Source: Pristiophorus japonicus
Taxonomy: Eukaryota
Reading direction: 5' to 3'
Assembly: GCF_044704955.1 (NCBI RefSeq)
Contig: NC_091984.1
Span: 148,366,001-148,430,000 of the forward strand
Length of the DNA: 64,000 nt
Made by a program: the position numbers and the translations under genes
In this document: piece by piece, positions 50,801 through 62,859 of the stretch
Position numbering within the stretch: the first letter of the stretch is position 1
Layout: each line of letters starts with the position of its first letter
Notes under the pieces: model-generated
Seen by the model: only the letters and a program-made list of their open reading frames with translations
Told to the model about the DNA's origin: nothing
The model's database searches: none

Positions 50801-52080
50801 CCATACCATCATCTTCTATGTTTCTGCCCCGCCACTGGCCACGGGCTCAGCGATGGGCACGCCAATGATGGCGAGCACCGTCTCCTCCACGGGGGTAAGG
50901 ACATCTGGGCGCGCCTGCCCCCCCGCCACTGAGCTCCTGCTGCCTCGGGTTCTGGGCCACCTTGCTCTGCAAGAGAGGGAAGTGTATCGGTGAGTGTGGT
51001 GCCCTGTGTTTGGGTGATGTGGTATGGTTGAATAGCTGGCAGTATGTGCAAGCTGTGAGATGTGGGCATGAGGCTTGCAGCAGAATCTAAATGTGTGAGG
51101 GTGAGGTGAAGCTGTGAGTGTGGATGTTTCCCCTCGTGGGGGAATCTGGAACTAGGGGGCATAGTCTTAGAATAAGGGGTCCCCATTTAAGATGGAGATG
51201 AGGAGGAATTTCTTCTCTCGGCGGGTCGTGAATATTTGGAATTCTCTTCCCCAGAGAGCTATGGAGGTTGGATCATTGAATATATTTAAGGCTGAGATAG
51301 ACAGATTCTTGCGTTATGGGGAACAGGCAGGAAAGTGGAGGTGAGGCCAAGATCAAATCAGCCATGATCTTATTGAATGGTGGACCAGCTCGAGGGGCCG
51401 TATGGCCCACTCCTGCTCCTATTCCTTATGTTCTTGTGTATGAGTCCTGATTGCTAGAGATTGTTGGTAGTGGGTGATGGGGGTGTGGTGCATTGAGCAA
51501 TGTGTGAGACTAGTGGTGCAGTTGATGGGACACGGCATTTGAAAATGAATTCACCGACCTTGACCACTCTCGTGAGGTCATTGAACATTTGGCGGCACTG
51601 CATCCCGGTCCTCGGATCCTGGAGTCACTGCCTTCGAAACGTTTGTCTGGTGGAGCCTCCTCGCCCCCTGTGGGTAGAGAACATCTTGCCCCCTCTGCAC
51701 CTCCTCCCCCAGGGCCTCCAGTGCAGCGCTGGAGGATCTTGGAGCCGGCTCTCTCCCCTGTTGTGTCATCAGTACGTCTTGGTCCAGGTCAGAATGTCTT
51801 CCACAGCCACTTCCAGCACCTGCTCCAGACACATTTCACTTGTCCATTAAGAGGTGCAGGCCAGCTTTAACTGGTGCCAGCCTCACACAACCTTGGGCCC
51901 CGGGCGCTGAGGCCTGTAGCCACTCAACAGCACAGTTAGTGCTGGGTGCACGCACCAATCATGTAGGTTAGCAGGCAGCACAACGTTAGCTTGCTGCCTG
52001 CATCGGGAGCTACGGGCGTGGGTTAATCCCGCATCATGATCCTCGCGCCCATTTGCAGGGCCTATCAAATTTATTCCCCA
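47805..52080 (-). mobile_element. Degenerate PIF/Harbinger-like DNA transposon (Myb/SANT-like gene on minus; transposase mostly deleted); ends approximate
   Basis: REPAPRSSSAALEALGEEVQRGQDVLYP and QCRQMFNDLTRVVK|gt (51560-51760, minus) resemble the Harbinger Myb/SANT (NAIF1-like) domain. An acidic transposase-like tail converges at ~48410-48505. Confidence 0.6.
50167..50401 (-). mobile_element. Solo LTR (235 bp) with a 5-bp TSD
   Basis: TG...CA termini, TSD TCACC at 50162-50166 and 50402-50406, minus-strand AATAAA at 50241-50246. Confidence 0.85.
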
Positions 52081-52369
52081 TAGAGTCCGTGATCATAGAG
52101 ATTCTGCACCGTGTGAGGGAGGGGATTCAATGGGTGGGAGAGTCCATTATAGGGTCGGGTGTACATGGTGTGTGGGAGGGGATTAAATGGGTGGTAGGGT
52201 CCATTATAGGGTCGGGTGCACATGGTGTGTGGGAGGGGATTAAATGAGCTAATGGGTAAAAGGCCTTTTCTCATTCCAGGTATTTGATATTTTGAAGGAA
52301 AATGAAACTAGGGAGAGTTCCACTCGCTCCCCCGTGACCTTGGGAATTATGGTTGGGTGAAAGAAAGAA

Positions 52370-55300
52370 AAAGACAGACTTGCATTTATATAGCGCCTTT
52401 CACATCTTCAGGATGACAAAGCGCTTTACAGCCAATGAAGTACTTTTTGAAGTGTAGTCACTGTTGTAACGTGGCAGCCAATTTGTGCACAGCAAGATCC
52501 CACAAACAGCAATGTGATAATGAGCTGATAATCTGTTTCAGTGATGATGGTTGAGGGTGAAAGAGGAAAATGTGTCCTATTCTCCTGAACTGTCAGCCCA
52601 TGGGTTTTTTATTCATTCATGGAATGTGGGCGCTGCTGGCAAGGCCGGCATTTATTATAAGAACATGAGAAATATGGGCAGGAGTAGGCTATTTTGCCCC
52701 TCGAGCCTGCTCCGCCATTTAATAAAAAGCAAGGGACCCAGTACTGAGCCCTGCGGAACCACACTGGATACAGGCTTCCAGTAAGAAAAACACCCATCAA
52801 CCATTACCCTTTGCTAACTGCCTCTGAACCAATTTTGGATCCAACTTGTCACTTTGCCCTGGATCCCATGGGCTATTACTTTTGTGACCAGTCTGTCATG
52901 TGGGACCTTAACAAAAGCCTTGTTAAAATCCATATACACTACATCATATGCACTGCTCTCATCGACTCTCCTTGTTATCTCCTCAAAAAATTCAATCAAG
53001 TTATTCAGACATGACCTTCCCTTAACAAATCCATGCTGACTGTCCTTGATTAATCCGTGTTTTGTTAAATGAAGATTCCTCCTATCCCACCCCCGAGGTT
53101 AGGCTGACTGACCTGTAGTGACTCGATCTATCCCTTGCTCCCTTTTTAAACAAAGGTACCACGTTTGCAGTCCTCCAGTCCTCCAGTACCTGGGATTGCA
53201 ATGTCAGCATCGCCCCTCTCGGCCAGCTCGGTCAGTAGTGGTGCTACCGAGCCACTCTTGGTGATGGACAGTGAAGTCCCCCACCCAGAGTACATTCTGT
53301 GCCCTTGCTACTCTCAGTGCTTCTTCCAAGTGGTGTTCAACATGGAGGAGTACTGATTCATCAGCTGAGGGAGGGCGGGAGGTGGTAATCAGCAGGAGGT
53401 TTCATTGCCCGTGTTTGACCTGATGCCATGAGACTTCATGGGGTCCGAAGTCAATGTTGAGGACTCCCAGGGCCACTCCCTCCCGACTGTTTGCACTGGG
53501 AGGGACATTGGCTGAAAGGTATGATTCTGTGAGTAGGACTATGTCAGGCTGGTGCTTGACTAGTCTGTGGGACAGCTCTCCCACTTTTGACATAAGTCCC
53601 CAGATGTTGGTGAGGAGGATGTTGCAGGGTCAGCACTGAGCCTGGGTTCGCTGTCCTAGCCAGTCCGAGCTGCTGTTATTCTGCCTGATTGGACGGTTAT
53701 TATTAAAGACTCAGACCACAGCAGAAATCCCCCGTGCAAAAAATAACTGATGAGATTGTCAGATCGGAAGAATAAAACTTCACCCATAGAGGAAATGAAA
53801 GAGGAAGGTTGTCACAGCTGTACGTTTGTTAATGACACGGGAGAAAACTGTGAACTGTGCTCACAGCCTAGAATCTTACAGCACAGAAGGAGGCCATTCG
53901 GCCATTCGTGCCTGTGCTGGCTCTTTGAAAGATTTACCCAATTAGTCCCACTCCTCCCCTGTTAAAGAACGTAAGAAATAGGACCAGGAGTCGGCCACAC
54001 GGTCCTTTGAGCCTGCTCCGCTATTTAATACGACCATGGCTGATCCGATCATGGATTCAGGACCACTTCCCACCCCGCTCCCCATGACCCCTTATTCCCT
54101 TGTAAGTTAAGAAACTGTCTATCTCTGCATTATATTTATTCAATGACCCAGCTTCCACAGCTCTCTGAGGCAGCGAATTCCACAGATTTACAACCCACTG
54201 AGAGAAGAAATTCCTCCTCATCTGTTTTAAATGGGGCACCCCTTATTCTTAGATTGTGCCCTCTAGTTCTATTCTCCCCCATCAGTGGAAACATCCTCTC
54301 TGCATCCACCGTGTCAAGCCCCCTCATAACCTTATATGTTTCGATAAGATCACCTCTCTTTCCTCTGAATTCCAATGAGTAGAGACCCAACCTACTTAAC
54401 CTTTCCTCAGAAATCAACATCCTCATCTCCTGAATCAACCTAATGAACCTTCTCTGACCTGCCTCCAAAGCAAGTATATCCTTTCTTAAACATGGAATCC
54501 AAAATTAGTGTGTCCACACCAATACCCTGTATAGCTGTAGCAAGACTTCCCTGCTTTTATACTCCGTCCCCTTTGCAATAAAGGCCAAGATTCCATTGGC
54601 CTTTCTGATCACTTACTGTATCTGCATACTAACTTTTTGTGTTTCATGCACAAGTACCCGCTGCACCACAGCACTTTGCAATCTTTCTCCATTTAAATAA
54701 TAACTTGCTCTTTGAGTTTTTCTGCCAAAGTGCATGACCTCACACTTTCCAACATGACACTCCATCTGCCAAATCTTTGCCCACTCACTTAGCCTGCCTA
54801 CGTCCTTTTGCAGGTTTTCTGTATCCTCGTCACACATTGCTTTTCCTCCCATCGTTGTATCGTCAGGAAACTTGACTACATTATATTCGGTTACATCATC
54901 CAAGTCGTCAATATATATTGTAAATAGTTGGGGTCCCAGCACTGATCCCTGCGGCACCCCACTAGTTACTGATTCCCAACCCAAGAATGAACCATTTTTG
55001 CAGACTCTCTGTTTTCTGTTAGTTAGCCAATCGTCTATACATGCTAATATATTACCCTCAACCCCGTGACCTTTTATCTTATGCAGTAACCTCTTATGTG
55101 GCATCTTGTCAAATGCCTTCTGGAGGTCCAAATACACCACATCCACTGGTTCCCCTTTATCCACCCTGCTCGTTACATCCTCAAAGAATTCTGCAACTTT
55201 ATCAAACATGACTTCCCCTTCATAAATCCATGCTTACTGTGCCTGACTGAATTATGCTTATCCAAATGTCCTGCTACTGCTTCTTTAATAATGGACTCCG

Positions 55301-55630
55301 ACATTTTCCCAACCACAGATGTTAGGCGAACTGATCGAAAGTTTTCTGCTTTTTGTCTACCTCCTTTTTTAAATAGGGGCGTTACATTTGCAGTTTTACA
55401 ATCTGCTGGGACCTCCCAAGAATACAGGGAATTTTGGTAAATTACAACCAATGCATCCATTGTCCCTGCCACGACTTTTCATAACACCTTGGTATGCAAG
55501 CTATCAGGTCCAGGGGATTTATCCGCCTTTAGTCCCATTATCTTACTGAGTACCACCTCCTTAGTGATTGTGATTGTGTTAAGTTCCTCGCCCCCGTAAC
55601 CCAGCAAATTGTTCCTTTTCAAGTATATAT
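52370..55630 (-). mobile_element. SINE tail and CR1/LINE fragments (main CR1 RT-3' end ~53965-55590), enclosing duplication copy B
   Basis: KSPGPD, HSKHGF, PQGSVLGP and LWNSLP motifs on the minus strand; SINE tail GACTTGCATTTATATAGCGCC. Confidence 0.88.
53500..54230 (-). repeat. Copy B of the inverted segmental duplication, ~5 kb upstream of the V leader
   Basis: Reverse complement of 42530-43256. Confidence 0.9.
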
Positions 55631-56349
55631 CCAATTCCCTCTTGCAGACCTGAGCCCACAGCACGAGACTGCCCCTAACCTGGGCACAACATTGGCATCT
55701 CATTCTTTCACTGGGACAGGAAATGCCTGGTGTGAGAAATGGAGCCCAGGGCTCTGAACATTCCCTCTCCTCTCCTGAGGAAGGCTTCATGCTGGGATCC
55801 AGATCCATGGGCCCCGACAGCACGATCCAACCTCACCCACTTCCCCATTCCACGTGTGTAAGCCTGGACCCTCTCAGCAGGATATCCGACTGCAGGAGGC
55901 CTCACCACTGTGTCCAGCACTGTCCTCACCCGAAATCCACACACAGACTGCATTGATCGGGTGCCTTTAATGTGCCAAAGCTCTCAAGACGCTTCACATC
56001 GCTGCTGTAAGAACTGGGGGAGCGGGGGTTGGGGAGGCTTTAGGAAGGGTGATTGAAGGCCTGGGTGAAAGGATGGCGTTTGATGGAGGAGAGAGAGCTG
56101 GAGAGGAGGCGGGATTAACACCGGGAGTTCAGAGATCGGGGACGAGGTGTCTGAAGACTCTGCCCATCAACAGTGGGATGCACGAAGCAGCGATGGGTAA
56201 GAGGCTGGAGTGAGGAAACCGAAGGGCCCGGGGCGGGGGTGGGGGTGGGGTGTAGCTCAGCAGGACACAGAGGTACGGTGGAGAGAGGCCATGGAGGGAA
56301 TCGGAGACAAGGCTTTCAAACTTGATGTGTTGGGGGTTGAGGGAGGCAG

Positions 56350-57425
56350 TGTAGGTCAGTGAGGTTATGGGGAGAAGGTCAGTGAGGTCAGGGGCAGTAG
56401 GTCAAGGGTGAGAGGTATTCGGTCTGGGGTAGTAGGTCAGTGGCAGTAGGTTAGTGAGGTCAGTAGCCGTAGGTCAGTGAGGTCAGGGGTAGTAGGTCAA
56501 AGGTCAGGGGTAGTAGGTCAGTGAAGTTGTAAGGTTTACACATTTCATGATCGAGGCTCAGCAAGAGGCCACAGACTGAAATGGTTTAAAAGAAACCTTT
56601 GGGACTGTTGGGCGGGAGAAAGATTGCCAGCCAGGGGCAGGTGGTGACTGATAACTGATTAGTGCGATTCCTGGGGTCAGGAACGAGACCCGATTAACAT
56701 CGAGACAAAGGGTTTGATACAATCAAGCAGAGGAGCCCATGGAATAAATAGCCGGAGGGGAAAACCAGTTCCCTCTGGAGACTCCATGTCTGCGAAAACC
56801 CAGGCTAACAAAGGATCCCACAAGGTGTGCATTTTTGGATAACGGGGCACAAAAGATAAGGAGTTATCTTTTGCCCTGTCGATTCTGTGTGTGAATTGTG
56901 GCCATCCGAACATATCCAGACCCATCATCACAGCCATCGAGACTCAACCAGTTGCATTAACTGAAAGGCAGCCCAGCAGGAGATGTGTATAATCGAATGG
57001 ATATATCTGTAAGAGCTGAGAACAAGAACTCAGAGAGAGGAACAACAGGTCGAAGAAACACCTCAGACCAGAATATCTATGAACAACGGCCACGAAGCAG
57101 CAGCGGGGACCCAACACCTTCCCTCGCTCCACGAGCCGACAATCGACAACAGCAGCAACTGGCTGGAAGGGCAATTGTATGTCTTCGGTCAATCTCTAAG
57201 AAGTCTTGTTCCGTGATGTTTATTTGGTTTTTGTGTAATAAACAAACAGTTGGGTTAAGCCTAAACTTTGCATTACGTGGAGTCTTTCCCGTAATTCCCG
57301 AGGTTCATGAATCAGAGAAGAGTGGGAAACCAACAACCTACAAGGTCAGGGGTAGTAGGTCAGTGAGGTCAGGGGTAGTAGGTCAGTGAGGTCAGGGGTA
57401 GTAGGTCAGTGAGGTCAGGGGTCAT
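56350..57425 (+). repeat. ~22-bp GTAGGTCAGTGAGGTCAGGGGTA tandem repeat, split by a solo LTR
   Basis: Units at 56350-56527 and 57343-57425. Confidence 0.85.
56528..57342 (+). mobile_element. Solo LTR (815 bp)
   Basis: TGTAAG...CCTACA termini, 4-bp TSD AAGT/AGGT, GATATATC TATA-like element at ~57000, AATAAA at ~57237. The host repeat resumes in register. Confidence 0.85.
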
Positions 57426-57668
57426 ATTGGAACAGCACTTGGTGTGAGGCAGGGTATGGACACTGCATTTTGGAAAGTTGGGTTTTATGGAGAGTGGATG
57501 AAGGAAGCTGGGAGGGGACATCGGAATAATCGAATGTGGCGATGAGACAAGCTCAGCTAAGGGTTTCTTCCATCAAGGGGCTGATGTAGGGTGGAGATGG
57601 GCAATGTTGGAGATGGAAATAAGAGGCCGATGTAATAGAGAGGGTGTGGGGTTCGAAGTTCAGTCTTT

Positions 57669-57925
57669 GGAGGACCAATAGGAAGGAGCCATATTTCCTG
57701 GACCCGATTCGAGAACCAATGGGAAGGAGCCATGTTTCCTGTGCCCTATTGGAGGTCCAATAGGAAGGAGCCCGATTTCCTATTCCCTATTGGAGAACCA
57801 ATAGGAAGGATCCATGTTTCCTGGTCCCTGTTCGGGGATGAATAGGAAGGAGCCAGGTTTCCTGTTCACTACTGGGGGACCAATAGGAAGGAGCCATGTT
57901 TCCTGGGCCCTATTGGAGGACCAGT
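57669..57925. repeat. 41-bp minisatellite, ~6 copies (CCAATAGGAAGGAGCCATGTTTCCTGGGCCCTATTGGAGGA)
   Basis: Read directly from the sequence; each junction forms a CCTATTGG/CCAATAGG palindrome. Confidence 0.88.
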
Positions 57926-58529
57926 GGGATATGGAGTGCGGACCCTTCCTGTTGTAAACGTGCAATCGTCGGCAGCTGATCCCAGTAAAAACACCCTGAA
58001 CCGGAGCGGGGCCATGGAAGGGGAAGGAAAGGGGAAGGGAATCGAAGATGTTCTGAGCAGACAGGATGGGGCAGTGGGTCAGACCCTGTCCTGTCGCTCC
58101 AGCTCACACTGATGGGGTGAGGATCTCCTCCCTCTGCTGGGCCTTCATGAAATGAGCTTTCTGTCCAATCCGGTCCCCACTGAGAATAAGGCCACAGCAC
58201 AGAACGGCCCTTAACTGGGGAATAAACAGCTAGTTTACTGAGAGAGGCCAAGGGATGGCCACTGTGGGGAATGGGGCCTTACTCCAGGAGAAGGTATGGT
58301 CTGGGGTCAAGGGTTAACATCCATTGGTGGGGCAGGGCACAGGGAGGTTTACTCTGCATTTCAGTGTATTGCACCTGGGAGTCTGTGGGGAAGAGAGAGG
58401 GAGAAAGAGGAAGTAATGGAGAGAGAGAGGGAGGGATGGAGAGAGAGGGGGGGATGGAGAGAGAGGGGGGGAATGGAGAGAGGAAGGGAGAGGGAGGTGA
58501 AGAGGGAGGGAGACAGACGGGGAGAAGAA

Positions 58530-58626
58530 GAGGAAGTGAAATGTGCTGATGTGGCTTTCTCTGGGTGAAGACATTTACATACTGAGGGATGGGCAGTGAG
58601 ACTCTCTCAGGCTGCAGGTTTATAAA
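58530..58626 (+). promoter_or_regulatory. Ig V-kappa promoter: Ets/IRF site, octamer variant, TATA
   Basis: GAGGAAGTGAAA at 58530-58541, ATTTACAT at 58573-58580 (consensus ATTTGCAT), TATAAA at 58621-58626, 65 nt before the ATG. Confidence 0.75.
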
Positions 58627-58685
58627 GCAGGGCCCAGTGAAGGGCAGTTTATCAGTAAGCAGGCACAGGGACAGGAGCAGACACC

Positions 58686-58734
58686 ATGATTTCACCCATC
58701 CAGCTGATCTGGCCTCTGGCATTCTGCGTCGCAG
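58686..58734 (+). CDS. IGKV: Ig kappa V leader exon (MISPIQLIWPLAFCVA-G)
   Basis: ACACCATG start, 49-nt exon, phase-1 donor GT at 58735. It matches the shark type III leader. Confidence 0.92.
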
Positions 58735-58921
58735 GTACCAATCTCTCTCCTTCCACGTTTAATATCTCCCTGCTGTCGATTTCTGTCCAACTCTACTGAC
58801 CAGTGATTGAAGGGCAAATGCTGACACTAGAGAAGAGCTCAGTGTCTCGAGCAACCTCTCATTTTACAGTGTCTTTCTGTGACAGTGTTTACTTCACTTT
58901 CTTTCCCCATTTCCCCCTCAG

Positions 58922-59220
58922 GTATCAGTGGGGACGTCATCATGACCCAGTCTCCCCCGGTGCTGTCAGTGAGTGAGGGACAGACTGCAACCATCACCTA
59001 TACCGCCAGTGCATCCGCCAGCGATGATGTTCATTGGTACCAGCAGAAAGCCGGGCAGAAACCCACTCTGCTGATCTATAATGCAGTATCTCGTTTCACT
59101 GGAACCTCCAATCGCTTCACCGGCAGTTACCAGTCCAACACGTACACCCTGAGCATCAGCAACGTGCAGAGAGAAGATGTCGCAGTCTATTACTGTCAGC
59201 AATATTACAGCTCCCCTCTA
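58922..59220 (+). CDS. IGKV: Ig kappa V exon, open frame but Cys23->Tyr (ORF or pseudogene)
   Basis: Acceptor ...ttccccctcAG. GISGDVIMTQSPPVLSVSEGQTATITYTASASASDDVHWYQQKAGQKPTLLIY...EDVAVYYCQQYYSSP. Confidence 0.93.
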
Positions 59221-59248
59221 CACTGGTATACACAGCCGTACAAAAACC
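59221..59248 (+). promoter_or_regulatory. V recombination signal, 12-bp spacer
   Basis: Heptamer CACTGGT (59221-59227, non-consensus), spacer ATACACAGCCGT, perfect nonamer ACAAAAACC (59240-59248). V-12/J-23 is the kappa configuration. Confidence 0.9.
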
Positions 59249-59579
59249 TCAATATACACAGCGCCACCTCCTGTACTGACTCACCCCACAGTTATATATA
59301 ATATATAATAATGGACACACAGCCCCACCTCCTGTACGGTTTTACACATGACTGACACACAGCTCGATGGGAGTGACGGCAGGAATATTCAGCTGGAAGT
59401 TGCAGTGAATTGGGAAAGGATGGAGTAGGTCAGAGAGGAATTGGGGCTGTGTCTTCATCACTGAGAATCTCACAGCTCTACTCTGTACATTCAGACAGCA
59501 CGGAGACACTGGGTGGTCCCTGTGTCCTCAATCCAAATCATCTCACAAACTCCCCACTATCGAGAGGGCCACAACTTAT

Positions 59580-60060
59580 AAAACCCAAAGCATAAACATG
59601 AAAGGAAAGTGAACAAGTGAAATGTTCGTGCTCTTTCCCTGCCCACCCCACACTCCAGGCCCTGCGGTGCCCACTCATCGCAGAAGGCCTCAGGCCTACC
59701 CTGGGCTCCGTCTCCAGGGCCACCCAGATGCAGACAAATCCCCCGAAGGGAGGCAGGCAGGCAGTGCGACCAGCCCATGGGCTCCGTGCAACTGGGACCT
59801 GTGGATGGCCACCTTGGGCAGGCTCATGGGGAGGCCCACGGGGAGGCCCTCCGACCTGCCCGCTCCCACCTCACCGAGTGGCCAGACCCAGGAGCAGGCC
59901 CATGGGGAGGCCCTCTGACCTGCCCGCTCCCCTCGCACCAGGTGACCAGGCCCAGGAGCGTGGGACTGAATTGGAGCCAGAAATTGAGGAGCAGCCCCTT
60001 CAAATAGTGGAAGAGGGGCTGCATCCTCTCACACTCCACGTACACACGAGTCACGGACTG
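59580..60060 (-). mobile_element. Tx1/L1-clade LINE 3' fragment between V and J
   Basis: VYVECERMQPLFHYLKGLLLNFWLQFSPTLL...GRSEGLPVGL...KVAIHRS...EWAPQGLEC resembles the Tx1 ORF2 C-terminus. Confidence 0.65.
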
Positions 60061-60503
60061 AGGAAACAGGTTTCTGAAGCCCGTGAAACTCGTTATTTTA
60101 TAATGATCCCCGAGGAAGTCCTGTATCAGCAACACAAACATCTCGCTTGCAGACCGAGCCCGTTGTTCAAGGGGCCCAAAGAGGTGAGCCCTGTGTGAGG
60201 GGGACTTTCATTCTCCAGCAATTCCGTGGCCCCAGGGCTACCGTCTGATGGGGCAGGAAGGGCAGCTGGGAGATTTGTCCCAAACACGTCGGATCCCCAA
60301 CTTTCCCGGGTACTGCCACAGGCAACTTGGAGAGGCAGGGAGGGAGAGTGTTTGTGAGGGAAAGGGAGAGTGAGTGAGAGAGAGTGAGTGAGTGAGGGAA
60401 AGGGAGAGGGAGAGAGTGAGAGAAGGAGAGAATGAGTGAATGAGGGAGGGAGAGGGAGAAAAAGTGGGGGGGGAAAGTGAGTGAGAGAGAAACAGAGTGA
60501 GAC

Positions 60504-60733
60504 NNNNNNNNNNNNNNNNNNNNNNNNNNNNNNNNNNNNNNNNNNNNNNNNNNNNNNNNNNNNNNNNNNNNNNNNNNNNNNNNNNNNNNNNNNNNNNNNN
60601 NNNNNNNNNNNNNNNNNNNNNNNNNNNNNNNNNNNNNNNNNNNNNNNNNNNNNNNNNNNNNNNNNNNNNNNNNNNNNNNNNNNNNNNNNNNNNNNNNNNN
60701 NNNNNNNNNNNNNNNNNNNNNNNNNNNNNNNNN
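60504..60733. other. Assembly gap (N run) after a (GA/GAGT)n tract
   Basis: 230 N, preceded by a purine microsatellite at 60330-60503. Confidence 1.
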
Positions 60734-60750
60734 AGTGAGGCAGGGACGGA

Positions 60751-60789
60751 GGATATTGTACAGCCGCTGCACTGGAAGCTGTCACTGTG
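60751..60789 (+). promoter_or_regulatory. J recombination signal, 23-bp spacer
   Basis: Nonamer GGATATTGT (60751-60759, 2 mismatches to GGTTTTTGT), 23-nt spacer, perfect heptamer CACTGTG (60783-60789). Confidence 0.9.
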
Positions 60790-60824
60790 GCTCACGTTCA
60801 GTAAAGGAACCAAGCTCAGACTGA
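60790..60824 (+). CDS. IGKJ: Ig kappa J segment (LTFSKGTKLRL-S), FGxG changed to FSKG
   Basis: Follows the 23-RSS. Perfect donor GTAAGT at 60825-60830, phase 1, compatible with a kappa C exon. Confidence 0.93.
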
Positions 60825-60924
60825 GTAAGTAAACCCCAATGCTCCGTTATTAACACTTTAAATACTGAATCTTTCCAAGACACAAATGCTGAATATGCGA
60901 AGGTGTTAGTTTACATATGATTAC

Positions 60925-61350
60925 ACTCGAGCCTCCCGTCTTTTCTCATCTAAATCTATCAGCATAACCCTCTATTCCCTTCTCCCTCATATCCCTGTCT
61001 AGCCTCCCCTTAAATACATCGATACTATTCACTTCAATCACTCCCTGTGGTAGCCAGTTCCACATTCTCACCACTTGCTGGGTAAAGAATTTTCTCCTGA
61101 ATTCCCGATTGGATTTCTTGCTGACTATCTTATATTGATGGCCTCTAGTTCTGCTCTTCCCCACAAGTGGAAACACTCTCTCTGTATCCACTCTATCAAA
61201 ACCTTTCCTCATGTTAAAGAACTCGATCAGGTCACCCCTCAGCCTCAAGAGAAAAGAGCCCCAGCCTGTTCATCCTTTCCTGATATGTACACCCTCGCAT
61301 TTCTGGTCCCATCCTTGTAAACCTTCACTGCACCCTCTCCTGTGCCTCTG
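60925..61350 (-). mobile_element. CR1 3' fragment in the J-C intron (further SINE/CR1 pieces at ~61910-62065, 62172-62608 and 63150-64000)
   Basis: RLRGDLIE...FFTQQVVRMWNWLP and equivalent motifs; SINE tail sequences. Confidence 0.85.
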
Positions 61351-62859
61351 TATGGGTTATATAATATGGTGGGGAGCTGCGGTGAATGAAAGGGTTAATT
61401 GAAGAGTGCTGTGTATGACAGGGAGCCCGGCTGTATTCCTTTACCCACACTCCCCCTTCACCCAGCAAAGTATAAGTAACGAACCGTGTGGAGGAGATCT
61501 GGATGTTGGCACACTGCGGTCCCATCCCTGCACCATCCCCGGAAATCGCTCCCTAGCCTCCTGCCTGTCTCAGTGTGACAGAAACGGTGTGTGAGACACG
61601 GGCAGAGTGTGGGTGTGAGTGAGTGAGCTCGCTGGGGGCAGTCTGTGCTCCTGTCACAGTCTCTGATATAACTGAGCTCAGCCTCAGCACACTGACACTC
61701 CCGAGGTCCCGCCTCCCCCAGCTCCAACTCTGATCTGTCCAGCCCCCGCTCACCTCCTGTCCAACTTCTGATCACAAACAGGGGCAGCAGGGCTCGCAAT
61801 CCGGCGGCTGCAGTGCTCCAGGGTTGTGGGGAGACTCTCAGTTGCTGTTTCTGTGGCTCGAGTTCAGGCTGATATTTATCCCACAACCTACATCGCTTAA
61901 AATGCTCATTTAACTCATTGCTGTGTGTGGGAGCTTGCTGTGCACAAATTGGTTGCCGTGTTTCCCACATTACAACAATGACCGCACTTCAAAAATGTAC
62001 TTCATTGGCTGTGAAGCACTTTGAAAAATCTTGAGGTGTGAAAGGCGCTATATAAATGCAGGTCTTTCTTTAATTTCTCTTTTCTTTTTATTAACTGGGA
62101 CTCGCACAATTCCCCTGCTGATTAAACCTGGACCCAGCAGAAAATCCCCAGATCACGGACTAACGTTCCATGAGAACATGGGAATTAGGAGCAGGAGGAG
62201 TCCATTCGGCCATTCAATGAGATCATGGCTGATCTTCTACCTCAACTCCACTTTCCTGCACTGTCCCCATATCCCTCGATTCCCTTAATATCCAAAAATC
62301 TATCGATCTTCGGAATATTCTCAAGGACTGAGCCTCCACAGCCCTCTGGGGTAGAGAATTCCAGAGATTCACCACCCTCTGAGTGAAGAAGTTTCTCCTC
62401 ATCTCAGTCCTGAATGGCCGACCCCTTATTCTGAGACTGTGACCCCTGGTTCTAGACTCCCCAGCCAGAGGAAGCATTCTCCCTGCATCTACCCCGTCAA
62501 GCCCTGTCAGAATTTTGTACGTTTCAATGGGATCCCCTCTCTTTCTTATAAACACTAGAGAATATAGGCCTAGTCTATTCAATCTCTCCATTGGACAATC
62601 CCCCATCCCAGATGTCCGCCTGATGTGTCTGCGTGTTTGTCACATGTGACGGAGCAGACAGCAGGAGTTCCACCAGCAACACAGGACGTTACCTCAGTGC
62701 CCGGCCCATTTTCCCCATCCACTTACCACATTCTTACAGGTAAACGGGCTCAGCACCTGCCCTCGGCCGGTGAAATGTCTCCCCTCTACACCACAGGCTG
62801 CCTGTGATCTGTTCCCCATCTCACTCCTGAAGACACTACCTCTGAGGCACAGCTCCCCT

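Noticed and set aside
24765-60830. C(-) and V/J(+) forming one cluster joined by inversional recombination
   Set aside because: The V 12-RSS and J 23-RSS face each other in deletional orientation, and the J donor points away from this C. Its own C should lie beyond 64000.
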